NCBI GenBank assembly: GCA_951406725.2
Contig: OX597823.1
Coordinates: forward strand, 26,536,001-26,600,000
DNA: 64,000 nucleotides
DNA from: Octopus vulgaris
Taxonomy: Eukaryota
Direction: 5' to 3'
Positions 1 through 14,671 of this stretch are shown piece by piece. The translations under genes were made by a program, and so were the position numbers. The notes under the pieces are model-generated. The model saw only the letters and a program-made list of their open reading frames with translations, had not been told where the DNA came from and searched no databases. Position 1 is the stretch's first letter. Every line of letters begins with the position of its first letter.

Positions 1-118
1 GTTCGGCAAAAGAAGCCGATATAATAACTACCAGAATGAGTTGTGGGGTCAATTTGTTCGACTAAAAGCGGTGGTCTAGCACGGCTGCAATCAAATGACT
101 GAAACAAGTAAAAGAATA

Positions 119-225
<107 letters not shown>

Positions 226-2175
226 TAGAGCTGTGCGTAAGTCCGTTAACAATTTCGTTAATGATTTGATTTTTTAAAGTTAACTTTTGAAAATCATTAT
301 CGGACATCCGTTACAGTTAGCTTCCTTTAACTCAAGTCCGTTAACCCCCAAAATTCATAAAACTCAGCAAACATTTAAAAGTTTCTATTGTTTTCAGATT
401 GTCTTAGCATATTTAATATTGTACGCGCCACTCTTTCAACCCCAATATAACGCCTCCTATTTTTATAAATAACTTGTAGGACCTCGTTTGGCCCTACCTG
501 GATTTGAAACCAAATCCATGCGCTTGTTGTTTGCAAAGACAGCGGGAAATTTCTTTGCCCTGTCAAAAGGGAATAGTGATTGATCCATGAACTCGCTGGG
601 TCACAGAAAGTTCAAATGGACAGCAAGTGACCTACATTAGTATAAGCTATGCTTATAATGGTATATCCATCTTTCTAGCTGGAATGTAATTATTGCAAAT
701 GCCAGCTTTCCGTATGCGAGAAATCAGAGAGAATCTTCACCGCCACAGTGTGAATAATTCTTGACCGCGGCAACGAGGTCGACAACCATAGCAGCCAGAA
801 CTGGCTTTTCTTCCAGAAAGCCCAGAACTGGGAGAAATGCAAAATTAACAGAAGTGGATGCCTACATAAAATGGAAAAGGTAAATGGAAGGAAAAATGTT
901 GGTAAATATTTCGATGTGAACGTAAATAGCTGTTACATGGTAGCATGGTATACTAGAAATAGCAGCCAAATCTTTCCTTTTCTGGAAAAAGGAGCCATTT
1001 ACGCGTGATTTCAAAGTCATATTCATTGAAAGGATGCAAAATAACCTGGAAAAGAAAAAAGGATGCGCGAAACAAAACTCCTTTGGTGGGAAACTTCGAG
1101 GTCCCCACCACCCCTCCCACCTTTCTTTTCCGGAAAAAGTGGCTTGTGGCGGCTTTGGAGGTCAGATACGTTGAATGCATCCGAAAACAACTGTGGAAAT
1201 ATTTACAGAAAGAATAAAATCTTGCACCGATCATACCTGTATTTTAATTAATTCAAACTTATCTTGAAAAGTGGCAATATTTTTGTCGGTTGCCATCTGG
1301 TATAATTTTAGTTACAAATCAAACAGGTAAGATACATTAAGAATTTCAATTTTTATCCATAATGTTATTGCTTTTACACCTGTTAATTAAATTTACATAC
1401 CCATAAAAGTCAAATTTACTCAGCAAGATCAGCTAAAATTACATAACTATAAACCAGTGGTATATAAAGCACCTACTGACAAAATTTCAAATCTGTATGT
1501 AAAAAATGTACAAAGTTACAAGCAAATATTGTGGACTCCCTCTTGAACCTGAATAATTCAAAATAACATGAACAAATATGCATTGCATTTGACAGATTAA
1601 TATGAACACTAAAGATGTTTTAGGTGAATTTTTTTCTTTTACACACACACACATAACACGGCCTTGCTCCGTTGGGACTACATGTGTGTTACTTTAACAT
1701 CATCATTCCATAAAATTTGTTTATCGGGAGAAAAATATTGAAAAATATCAATAGATGTGTGAGTGAAAAAGAAAAGAGGAGGGAGGTTTTGGGATGTGCT
1801 ATAAACAACAGTCAGATCTCCCTTAAATCCCACATTTTCCTCTGAAATTATTAACAATTTCTTTTTAAACCGAAAATGTTTCACCCAAGGGTTTTAAGTG
1901 CATAGTGAAAAAAAGAGGCAAAAAATCGCTTCGGACTGGGGTGGTGAGGGGGTGGCGGGAATGACAAAACATTTTTCAAAATGTTTTCTTTTTTCTCGTG
2001 AAAAGATGTCTCCCATCATTCTGAAGACTTTAGTGAAAGACATTGGAAAAATGGCCAGGACAACAACTTACATAAACAACTTTACATAATTACCCCTGAG
2101 ATGTATCGGTGGTCGTGGTGAAGCTGTCATACAGGAAACTGAAATTTTGAAAATTCAAACAATATATTTCTGTCT

Positions 2176-2650
2176 TTTTAACACTATAAGTCTATAACAA
2201 ATACTTTCTTGAGAAGAATACCGTAGATTAGAAGGCTTTCAATTGTATATATGATTTAAGCATGATATGCAGATTGCTAATTTTATCTAATACTGCTTCC
2301 GTTGCAGATAAGGAGTTTTTATTTAGCCTGACGGTTAAATGCTGCATCGGTGGCCTTTAAATCACTGTTTAACTAATCAGCTTACTGCCGATTTTCGCTT
2401 AGCTTGCGGCGCCACGAGATACTTGATGATGAAATACAAAAAGCAGAAATCCAGATTTAAGCAATGCCACTGCCGTTGCTGTAGGATTTTTGTATGCTCG
2501 ACGTATTTCTGAGTTTTTTAACACTATACATCTATAAGTAATGCTTCTAGAGACGAATATGGTAATTCAGAAGACTTTTCACGGTATATATGCTTTCATT
2601 ATGATATACAGCTTGCTAATTTGAACTAATAATGCTTCTGTTGCTAATAA
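2176..2650. repeat. Diverged direct repeat of about 135 bp (2176-2311 and 2516-2650)
   Basis: Both copies run ttttaacactata..agaag(g/a)cttt..tatatatg..ttgctaattt..tgcttc(c/t)gttgc..ataa. Confidence 0.7.
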
Positions 2651-3406
2651 CGAATTCAAATTGTGAGTTTGTTGGTTGCAGAAGTATTCTGGAAATGGAA
2701 CAACTGTTTCCAGTAAATTTTGCTAAGATTTATGATACCCAAGACGTACCACATTTTGGAAGGAAACTTTTGTGCTATATCAAAATTTCGGAGAATTTAG
2801 GCTATAGTTTCGTATTATATATGTACTGTATATAGTGGTCATGGGTGCGGAGCCACCTCTTAGCCACCATTGTTGCCTGGTTTACTATGATTCAGAGAAG
2901 CAGCACCTGTTAGGGTTCCAGTGATGGGTTAGCTAGCATGTGAACCACTGGAGCAAAACATCTTTAGTTCTCGTTAGAACTTTCTTGGAGAAAGTAATCT
3001 CGTATAAAAAAAATCGAAAGTGCAGTTGGCTTCTGATCGTCGCAATCTCTGTCGTGCCACTGGCTTTAGAGCTGATTAAGCTGTTATAGTACTGAAACAT
3101 AGAAATTTCAAACTGGTGTCCGGTACGCAGACGACCACTAGCAGTGATGGAACTCGTAATCGCTGTTATAAAAAGTCAGTCTTACAGTATTAACATTAAT
3201 GACAGAAATAGATGGCTTTGGCTTGTCTATGGGCACCATGGCTTTGATAACGACAGTCGTTGGAGTGTTGTGTAAGCTGTTCTCTAATTAAATTCCGCAC
3301 GGGTGTTACCGACAGTGTATCTTCTTATCAGTTGATTCTTGGTAACTGGAATATCATCGCTCAACGAATAGACAGCGACAGAAGCACATATGCACACACA
3401 CACACA

Positions 3407-3793
3407 TTCTTTTATTCTTTTACTCGTTTCAGTCATTTGACTGCGGCCATTCTGGAGCACCGCTTTTAGTCGAACAAATCAACCCATTCTTTATAAGCCA
3501 AGTACTTATTCTATCGGTTTCTTTTGCCAAACCACTAAGTTATGGGCACGTAAACACACCAACATCGGTTGTCAAGCGATGGTGGTGGAACAAACAGAGA
3601 CACACGCGTGCGCGCGCGCACACACACGCACACATATACGACAGACTTCTTTCAGTTTCCGTCTACTAAATCCACTCACAGGACTTTGGTCAATCCGAGG
3701 TTATAGTAGAAGACACTTGCCTAAGAATCCTCGCAGTGGGACTGAACCAAGAACCATGTGGTTGGGAAGCAAGCTATTTACCACACAGCCACT
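3407..3793 (-). mobile_element. tRNA-derived SINE family 1
   Basis: A/B-box head, ccttgggcaagtgtc-like core, internal microsatellite and LINE-like tail; matches the other copies in the window. Confidence 0.85.
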
Positions 3794-4286
3794 CTAAGTA
3801 CAAAGCCTGAAATTTTGGAGTGGGCGGACGGGTCTAATAGATTACATCGACCTTAGTGCGCAGCCGGTACTTATTTCATCAATAAAAAGCAAAGTTAACT
3901 CAGACGGAATTTGATCTCACAACGTATAGACACGTGAAATACTACTAAGCGTTTTGTGCGGCGTGTTAGCGAGTCTGCCAGCTTGCCACCTTTTGCCACA
4001 TATAAATATTATATACATATATTTATACATACACACGTGGAGGCACATGGCCTAGTGGTTAGAGTCTCAGACCGGGCGATGTGTGTGTTTATGAGCGAAA
4101 CACCTAAGCTCCACGCGGCTCCGGCAGAAGGTAATGGCGAACTTCTGTTGACTCTTTCGCCACAACCTTTCTCTCACTCATTCCTCCTGCATCTAGTAGC
4201 GTCCCGTCCAGGTGGGGAACCTATACGCCAAGGAAACCGGCCCTTATGAGCCAGACGTGGCTCGAGAAAGAACAAACACACACACG

Positions 4287-4324
<38 letters not shown>

Positions 4325-4784
4325 TAGTGTTATGACGTCTGGTGTAAGACCGTATTACACAAACAAATAGTTGGTTGTGGTTACCTAAAAATAACGAATC
4401 GCAGAAACATGTTAACACAGAACGCACTCCGTACTACTCGAACGCAGGTACGACACTTAGTATTCACTGTTCAACTACCGACTGTTAAACCGACACATGC
4501 CGAACTAAGACTGCTAACCAACACAGTTCTACCTGACAGTTCACTCAATTCTTATTTATTGTAATCACTTAGTTCACCTTCAATCAAGTGTGTGTGTGTG
4601 TGGTGGTGGTGATCAGGATTCTCATATAATATATAGACATACACACACACATGTATATATGTAATAACATAAATAATATATAAACATATGCATATATACA
4701 TATATATGCATATGTATATATGCATATGTTTATATATTATTTATGTTATATGATCGAACGCCAGCATCCATTTCCAAGTAAGTT

Positions 4785-4867
<83 letters not shown>

Positions 4868-4987
4868 TGTATGTGGGTGCACATTATGTATGTGTATATA
4901 TATATATATATATGAGCGTTATACTAATACATCTGTTTGTTTTGTACACCACCTGTCTTCGTCTTTTGTTTTTTTTTCGTAAACTCT

Positions 4988-5039
<52 letters not shown>

Positions 5040-5108
5040 ATGTATGTGCGTGCGTGTGTAATATATGTATATGTATATTTATATATACATATACATAAAC
5101 ATATACAT

Positions 5109-5159
<51 letters not shown>

Positions 5160-5182
5160 AATATATACACACCTATCTATCC

Positions 5183-5256
<74 letters not shown>

Positions 5257-6106
5257 TTATATATCTATAGATATAGTGCGTACTAATATATATATATATA
5301 TATACACGCACATATATATGCATACGTATGCATGTTCAAGTGGGTGTTTACGTGCACGCACATGCATGCGTGTGTGCGTATGTCTGTGTGTGTGTGTGTG
5401 CGTGTGCGTGCGTGTGCGTGTGTGTGCGTGTGAGTGTGTGCATGTGTGTGTGTGTGTGTGTGTAAGGATCATAAAAGAAGCGAAAAACAAAAGATATCAG
5501 AGAAAAAGTAGCTCCAATAAGCGCACTAAAGTCGAACAAATAGGCAATATGTTTAATAGAAATATTGTATTTGAACATGAATGACGATGTGTTGACGGCT
5601 ACAGAGATGGATTTATGGTTTGAAATGAATGAAATGAACGAAAACTATTCAAGGCTTCGAAATTACATGATTGATTTTTCCTTTCGTAAATTATATAGTT
5701 CGATAATGAATGATAAAATATTATAGTCCTGAATAGTATGGATGTCTGTATGTGTGTATCAATGCATGTATAAATACAAGACTGTATACATGTATATCTA
5801 TATGTATGTATGTACGGACGTTTGAATGGGTGCATGCATGTAAGCATGGTCGGACAAATTGATGGACGGACGAATGCATATATGCTCGCATAAATTGACA
5901 AATGTATAGATGTATCCATATATGGGCGTTTGTATATGTGTGTATGTGAGTGAACATTTGTATATATTCATGAATTCATAAACACAAACATACATCCATA
6001 CATAAACGCATATCTATATGTATATTATATTTTCATATGTAAATGCATGTACACCCACCCACATATAACGCTTAATATTACATGTATGTAAGGATATATG
6101 TATACA

Positions 6107-6195
<89 letters not shown>

Positions 6196-6204
6196 ATCTG
6201 TCTG

Positions 6205-6267
<63 letters not shown>

Positions 6268-6270
6268 ATA

Positions 6271-6327
<57 letters not shown>

Positions 6328-6332
6328 GTCTG

Positions 6333-6431
<99 letters not shown>

Positions 6432-6539
6432 GTGTATCTGTCTGTGTATATAACTACTCATTTACATATAGTGACATTGCTGTATATGAGTGCCCAACCT
6501 GGCGGGTTATTTTATAGAACCTAGAAAACCGAAGGACAG

Positions 6540-6650
6540 TTGCAATAAGTGTGTGAATCTGAGAGGGAAATATGTTGAATAAAATCATAATTAACTGATC
6601 CTCCTGTATTTTCTTTTACCCAAATCCAGGAACTTTTCAGTATACCCTCG
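6540..6650 (+). mobile_element. mariner 3'-end fragment
   Basis: KCVNLRGKYVE* followed by a TIR-like cttttcagtataccctcg. Confidence 0.55.
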
Positions 6651-7889
6651 CGGATTCGTTGAATGATTCTATTGAATTTGTGCGTTTGTGTGTGTGCGCG
6701 CGTTGGCTGTATTGCAGGCGTGCGTCAGTGTGTGTGTGTGCCTGTGGATTCACATACACCCACACCAAAATTTTTTTTCCATCAATCTTTCAATTATAAA
6801 GTGTGTGCTTGCATACATATATATAAACACATATAAACATATAAACACACATATAAACCCCTACATTTGTACACACACGCACATATATACATATATTCAC
6901 TCCCACGCACGTACACACACACGCACACACACACATTTACATATATATACTATACACACACACACATACACACGTACAAACACAGACAAATTCACATACA
7001 CACCGACACATATACATATACACAATATATACCTACACGCGCACGCACACATACACATACGTACACACATATAAGCACAGACACACACATACATACGCAC
7101 ACAAAAACATGCGCACACATACGCACGCACACGCGCTAAAAACTCACAACCCCACGGATACACGCATATACATCCATATACGCTTACACACACACACATA
7201 CAAACGCACACATACACGCACACACAACTACACGCACATACACACACACACACACACAAATGAACCCACACATACATCCCATACACACGGCACACAACCA
7301 TACATACACGCACACACATACCTACACGCACACAATTACACATACATATATATACACACACACGCACGTACAAGCACACACGAACACATACACTAAGTTA
7401 AGCACAGTTACTCGCTACACACCCAAACTCCACGCATACACACAAAAACACACACATACACACATACTACAAACAAAACACACGCACGATACATATACAT
7501 ACACGCACACACACATAACTCTTTGTTTTTGACCTGCGATTGGACCCAAAACACCACTCCTTAATTCTTACTACTGGCCTGCTAGCCAGTTGTTTGCCAT
7601 ACACATACACACACACACACGCACACACACACACACACGCACACACACACGCACACACACACACACGTGTCATCATTGCATACATACACACACACGCGCA
7701 CACGCTGACCTCCCCGCACGCACTACATCCACACACATTCCCCCCTCTCACTTTCTTTACCATACTGTCTTTGATATAACTCTCCTGTCTTTAAAAAACA
7801 TTATTCTTACACTTTTACTACTTCCGTCTTTCAGTATGTGACCTCGTCTGTACCACTAGCGATTTTTTCCCCTGCCTTCCCTTCTCCTG

Positions 7890-7922
7890 TTTCCGACGAA
7901 GAGCTCCGCTCGAAACGTCAAA
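7890..7922 (+). ncRNA. Minimal hammerhead motif (U4C variant) in a PLE terminal-repeat remnant
   Basis: uuu CCGACGA a gagc ucc gcuc GAAA cg UC aaa, followed by a T-rich tail of about 95 nt and (TA)n. Confidence 0.55.
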
Positions 7923-8012
7923 TTCCCTTCTTTCCTGAGCGTCCAATAATACTTTATTTGTTCCACGTCCTTGCGTTGTTGTGTTTTTTTGTTTTTGTTT
8001 TCTTGTTTGGAT

Positions 8013-8091
<79 letters not shown>

Positions 8092-8598
8092 TTGTGGGAG
8101 TAACTGCCTTTTCGAAGACTCATATTGTCGTTCAATGCTCGAAATGAGGAGTAGAGAGACAGCCAACAACTGATGAACGGTTGTTCTTTATGTTAATTGC
8201 CCTGCTTTCCATTTCTTTCTCTCGTTGCTTGCGTATTCATATATATATATATAATTAATAATAAAATATTAGGGAATAAATCCAAACTTACAGGGAAAAA
8301 TCAGATTTAGGATTGAATCCAATTTTATAGTAAAATATTATATTATATTAAATTAGAGATAAAACCACTATTAGGCAAATCATACAATGAAAAACTTAAG
8401 CCAATACATAAGATTAATTAATTTATATTATTTTAAATATATATCAAAATTATCAAAAAAAGATAATTAGTTATACTAATTATCTTTTTTTTAATAATTT
8501 TGATATATATTTAAAATAATATGAATTAATTAATCTTATGTATTGGCTTAAGGTTTTCATTGTATGATTTGTCTAATAGTGGTTTCATCTCTAAGTTA

Positions 8599-8655
<57 letters not shown>

Positions 8656-8713
8656 ATATAAATATATATATGTATATATCCATATATATATATCCATATA
8701 AATATATATATAT

Positions 8714-9155
8714 ACTCTTACTCTTACTCTTTTACTCTTTTACTTGTTTCAGTCATTTGACTGCGGCCATGCTGGAGCACCGCCTTTAGTCGAGCAAATC
8801 AACCCCGGGACTTATTCTTTGAAAGCCCAGTACTTATTCGATCGGTCTCTTTTTTTGCCGAACCGCTAAGTAACGGGGACGTAAACACACAAGCAATGCT
8901 AGGGGGACAAACACAGACACACATATATATATATATATACGACAGGCTTCTTTCAGTTTCCGTCTACCAAATCCACTCACAAGGCATTGGTCGGCCCGGG
9001 GCTATAGCAGAAAACACTTGCCCAAGATGCCACGCAGTGGGACTGAACCCGGAACCATGTGGTTGGTTAGCAAGCTACTTACCACACAGCCACTCCTGCG
9101 CCTATATGTATATATCCATATAAATATTTATATATATATATGTATGTATATATCC

Positions 9156-9220
<65 letters not shown>

Positions 9221-9440
9221 TATACATGCATACATACACACACACACACATATATGTATGCGTGTGTATGTGTGTAACGGGCTTCTTTCAGTTTCCGTCT
9301 ACCGAATCCACCCACAAGGCTTTGGCCGGCTCGAGGCTATAGTAGAAGACACTTGCCAAAGGTGCCACGCAATGGGACTAAGCCTGGGATTATGCGATTG
9401 GAAAGCAAGCTTTTTATCACGCAGTCAGGCTTGCGCCTAT
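8714..9440 (-). mobile_element. SINE family 1: full copy 8714-9105 plus partial copy 9276-9440
   Basis: Near-identical to the other family 1 copies. Confidence 0.85.
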
Positions 9441-9450
9441 GTATGTTTGA

Positions 9451-9487
<37 letters not shown>

Positions 9488-9727
9488 TACATCTTTAAAG
9501 TGTTTCAGCTTTGAAGCTATGATCAAGCTGGGGCACCACTGTTATGTATATCTATATATAATCAATTCAAATAAGAAGCAATAAAATTTACAAGAGTAAA
9601 CACCAAGAGGACGGGCACAAGGAATGTATTAGTTTGACACTCAATAAAAAGAGAGAGATTTCGTTGAAAAGGAGAAAAGGAAAAGTCTGAAGAAAAGACA
9701 TCGTACGTTGTTACATTATATATATAT

Positions 9728-9890
9728 TAGGCGCAGGAGTGGCTGAGTGGTAAGTAGCTTGCTTACCAGCTACATGGTTTCGGGTTCAGTGCCACTGCGT
9801 GGCGCCTTGGGCAAGTGTCTTCTACTATAGCTCCGGGCCGACCAAAGCCTTGTGAGTGGATTTGGTAGACGGAAAGTGAAAGTATCCCTC

Positions 9891-9937
<47 letters not shown>

Positions 9938-10075
9938 CGTGTTTGTGTGTTTCTGTTTATCCCCCACCATCGCTTGACGATCGGCTTACAAAGACTAAGT
10001 CCTGGGGTCGATTTGTTCGACTAAAGGCAGTGCTCCAGCATAGCTGCAGTCAAATGACTGAAACAAATAAAAGAT
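9728..10075 (+). mobile_element. SINE family 1 (internal deletion)
   Basis: ggcgcaggagtggctgagtggtaagtagc head and tgactgaaac tail. Confidence 0.85.
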
Positions 10076-10124
10076 TAAATGCATATATATATATTGTCTC
10101 TCTGTCAGTTTATCTGTCTACTTG

Positions 10125-10251
<127 letters not shown>

Positions 10252-10660
10252 TAGGCATTGCCCATTGGTGGAGAATATGCAGTTTCTTGTGGAGACTGAG
10301 TTGGCAGCTGCGTGCACCGGGGGAATAAGGAGGGTCCTTGTCAATGATAAAACAAAGAGAAAAGAAAGCAGAAAGAAGACTGCTTTCTTTTCTCTATCAC
10401 TTCATTTCCTCTCTTTCTTTGAACGGGCCACCACACACATGCATGACCGCACATTCTCACATAGATGTACGCACGCAGAGAGACACATACACACACATCA
10501 CACACAGAGATAACAAAAGGACATTTTCTTTCAGATTTGTATGAAAGACCTAAAATTTTCTGTAAAGGCTTAAAATATGAAAGGCCTAAAATTATCTGAC
10601 GAGGCTTGGAAACGAACAAAATAAAAGTGCTATTATGTAAAATCTGTATACCATTTCAGA

Positions 10661-10776
<116 letters not shown>

Positions 10777-10790
10777 ACCATCTCTTCTTC

Positions 10791-10853
<63 letters not shown>

Positions 10854-10854
10854 T

Positions 10855-11600
10855 TCACCTGCGCCTCAGCAAATGTAATCTATGACATGACATGCATAGG
10901 ATGTGGTAAAATCTATATTAGACAAACAGGAATTTCGCTCCGTCAAAGAATCACCATTCACAAAGAGCAAATCCGTCACCCACAATACAGACAGTTAAAG
11001 GTGAGTGAACACATAGAAAGATGTGCCAGGAATCTTAATCCCAAATTCCAAATATTTCCCTTTTACCAATGTTCACAGAACACCACAATGCAACAAAGGT
11101 TGAATAAAGAGGCATTTTTCATCAATAAAATTCTCCCCCAACTAAATATGAACACACAACTCAATACAGAACACCACTAACTCTTCAATTGAAACCACTA
11201 AACCCTATACACTTCTTACACCACTCAAATCTCTAAATCCAGAACTGCTTATCTCCCTTACAAATAATCCAGAACTACTTACCTCCCTTACAAATAATCT
11301 TTTTTTCAGGAACTATTAGACCTGACACCGTGTATTAACCGGCGTTGTTCAAACGATGAATAGTTTGCGTATACCATGGTCCGTTTTGTTCTCTTACTTT
11401 ATTATCATCTTATAATCATCTCATAATATTGACTTTTATGACCCGTATTACTACCTCAGTCAATCTAAATATATATATATTTGTCGTTACCTATCATAAA
11501 TAGCCTTTTTTTATTTGCAATGTGCATTTTCGTTGCTTTTTCATATTTTACCCTTACATTTCCACGTGTATTTTATATTTTCTTTTCGTAACATATTTCT
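10855..11600 (+). mobile_element. Penelope-like element 3' fragment (GIY-YIG)
   Basis: NVIYDMTCIGCGKIYIRQTG..RITIH..SEHIERC..RLNKEAFFI..PQLN; flanked by (TA)n. Confidence 0.8.
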
Positions 11601-11678
11601 ACTATAGATATAGATATGTATATATATATATATAAAAATTTATATTTATTAACTTAATGCACTTTTTTCATGAAACAG

Positions 11679-11814
11679 AACTTATCCGTTTGGCTGACGG
11701 TTCAAAAACTGACGGTCGCGTGGAATTATTTCACAATGGGACATGGGGAACGATTTGCGATGATAGCTGGGACAATTATGATGCCAAAGTTGTTTGTAGA
11801 ATGCTGGGTTTAAG
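11679..11814 (+). CDS. SRCR-domain gene, exon a (N-half of SRCR domain 1)
   Basis: tgaaacAG| ... |GTgag splice sites; reads [44 protein letters not shown] with the SRCR motifs GRVE, WGTICDD and VVCR; phase 1 to phase 2. Confidence 0.93.
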
Positions 11815-11836
11815 GTGAGAAAATTATTATTATTAC

Positions 11837-11921
<85 letters not shown>

Positions 11922-12406
11922 TGTGTGCGCGTGTTTTAATTTGAGAATGTTTAACCCTGTTATCGTATTTACCTAATTTTAGAATGTATATAAATGTATG
12001 TAGCAAAGGCGCTGGTCCAGTGGTTTTGGGCTCTGCAACCGCTATCTTGCGATCGTGATTTCTATTCCTAGACAAGGGCTGCGTTGTGTTCTTCAACAAA
12101 GCACTTCTTTCCACGTTGCTCCAGTCCACTCAGCTGTAAACGGGTCACCCTGCGATGGACTGACATCTCATTCGGGGTGAATGTTGGGATGATCGCCTAG
12201 CTAGCAAAGTGGCATCATTTGAAACTGCAACAATGCGAGTAAGTGAATTATGACCAGTGATGTATAACCTCATCTGATATATATACAAACATACATACAC
12301 ACGCACATACATACATACATAAATACATACATACATACATATATATATATAATATTATATATAATATTATATCTATATCTATATATCTATATATATAATA
12401 TTATAT

Positions 12407-12564
12407 CTGTGTGGTAAGTAGCTTGCTTACGAACCACATGGTTCCGGGCTCAGTCGCACTGCGTGGCACCTTGGGCAGGTGTCTTCTACAATAGCCTCGG
12501 GCCGACCAAAGCCTTGTGAGTGGATTTGGTAGAGGGAAACTGAAAGAAGTCCGTCGTATATATG

Positions 12565-12641
<77 letters not shown>

Positions 12642-12859
12642 GTATAAGTTTGTGCGTCTGTGTTTGTCCCGCCCAATATCGCTTGACAACCGATGCTGGT
12701 TTGTTTACGTCTCCGTAACTTAGCGGTTCGGCAAAATAGACCGATAGAATATGTACTAGGCTTACAAAGAATAAGTCCTGGGATCGATTTTCTCGACTAA
12801 AGTCGGTGCTCCAGCATGGCCGCAGTCAAATGACTGAAACAAATAAAAGAGTAAAGAGT
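12407..12859 (+). mobile_element. SINE family 1
   Basis: Head-to-tail match with the other copies. Confidence 0.85.
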
Positions 12860-12860
12860 A

Positions 12861-12922
<62 letters not shown>

Positions 12923-13445
12923 AATGTGGAACGATGACAATGAGTAGTCAACACCGCATAGGTGGATATAATGTCTGTATTTGTGAATTAAGGCTACCAT
13001 TGGTTTCATATTAAGAAAAGTAGGAAAATAGCCCAGTGTCTTAACAATTTTTCAAGCCGATCACATGCAGAAAGGTGTATATATATATATAGTATTTCGG
13101 GATGGTAACTTTTTGGCCAGATAAACACACGCACTACATATTCGTTCTTCACTCGTTTATTAATGTTGTTATTCTAACTCATGTCCAGATATCGTTCGTT
13201 ATATATCTGGACTAAGCGGAGCAGGAGCACACACAAGGACGGAAAGTGTTGTTGAAGAGGTCACAGATGTGTGACGAAAGATTTCTGGACACGAGTTAGA
13301 ATAAGAACAGTAATAAACAAGGGAAGAACGATTATATAATGCGTGTGTTTATTTGGCAATCCCCCTCGCCCAAAAACGACTGTCCCAAAATACAACATCT
13401 GCTTCAACACACGGTTTCACATCAGGAATCTTGCAACTCAAATTC

Positions 13446-13534
<89 letters not shown>

Positions 13535-13572
13535 TGTACACGCACACACGCGTGCGCGCGCATATATATATA

Positions 13573-13812
13573 TTCTTTTACTCTTTTACTTGTTTCAGTC
13601 ATTTGCCTGCCCTCACGTTGAAGCAACTAATCGATCCAATGACTTATTCTTTGTAAGCGTAATACTTATTCTATCGGTCTCTTTTGTCGAACCGCCAATG
13701 TATAGGGACGGAAAAACTCCAAGATCGGTTGTCAAGTGACTATGGCGGGGGAGGACAAACACAGACACACAAACATATACGCACACATACACACATGTAT
13801 ACACACACACAG

Positions 13813-13845
<33 letters not shown>

Positions 13846-14174
13846 TACGACGAGCTTCTTTCAGTTTCCGTCTACCAAATCCACTCACATGGCTTTGGAC
13901 GGCCCGAGGCTATAGTAGAAGTCACTTGCCCAAGGTGCCACGTAGTGGGATTGATCCCGGAACCATGTGGTTCGTACGCAAGCTACTTATCACACAGCTA
14001 CTCCTACGCCTGGCTTACAAATATATATATATACGCCAGGCTTCTTTCAGTTTCCGTCTACCGAATCCACTCACAAGGCTTTGGTCAGCCTAAGGCTATA
14101 TTAGAAGACACTTGCCCAAGGTTCCACGCAGTGGGACTGAACCCGGAACCATGTGGTTGGGAAGCAAGCTTCTT
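13573..14174 (-). mobile_element. SINE family 1: full copy 13573-14012 plus an interrupted copy 14030-14174 whose head resumes at 16880-16918
   Basis: SINE sequence is collinear across the A and B insertions. Confidence 0.85.
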
Positions 14175-14655
14175 TATTTCATTATATTTGCTATAAAGGC
14201 AGTACATAGCGTAAAGTAGCTTTGCGGGCTGGACAAGGACATTAATGAAATGAATGATAATGAAAGAAAGATGATAAGGATGGGAGAAGACAAGAAGCGC
14301 CCGCCGACTTCTGCTTCTCTAAAACATTGCTCTTTAAAACCAAACACAAAACGAGGTATTAAACCTCTTACAACTTTTCAATTTTTGGACTTAACAGTCC
14401 ATTACAAACATCAACATAGTTCAATAATTACATATAATATATATAAATACAATACATGAAGCCCTCCTCTCAGACCAGGCTTACGCTTCCCTTAGGTAAT
14501 GCTCCAGCTCTAGGTCGGGGCCCCAGAAGGCGTATCTAAACATGTCCTTTGAGAAGGTGTTCATTACCCTGACCATTGCGACATCCGATATGATCTTCGT
14601 AGTCACCTGCGAAAGCCACTCCTCGTCTCTGTCCAAGGCATGGGCTCCTCTCTCC
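14175..14655 (-). mobile_element. 5'-truncated ORF1-only non-LTR element (copy A), inserted in a SINE head
   Basis: Flanked by the direct repeat gggaagcaagcttctt (14159-14174 and 14656-14671); its 3' UTR matches 63290-63436; residual frame GAHALDRDEEW...YLREA is distantly similar to the C-terminus of the copy B ORF. Confidence 0.75.
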
Positions 14656-14671
14656 GGGAAGCAAGCTTCTT

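Noticed and set aside
1270-1331. Strong donor cagGTaag as a possible first exon
   Set aside because: No start codon or signal peptide in the phase needed to join exon a.
4720-7841. Many ORFs of the YIYI, HTHT, CVCV and LSIY type (also at about 32300, 34500 and 56500)
   Set aside because: They are translations of di- and tetranucleotide microsatellites, which lack stop codons by composition.
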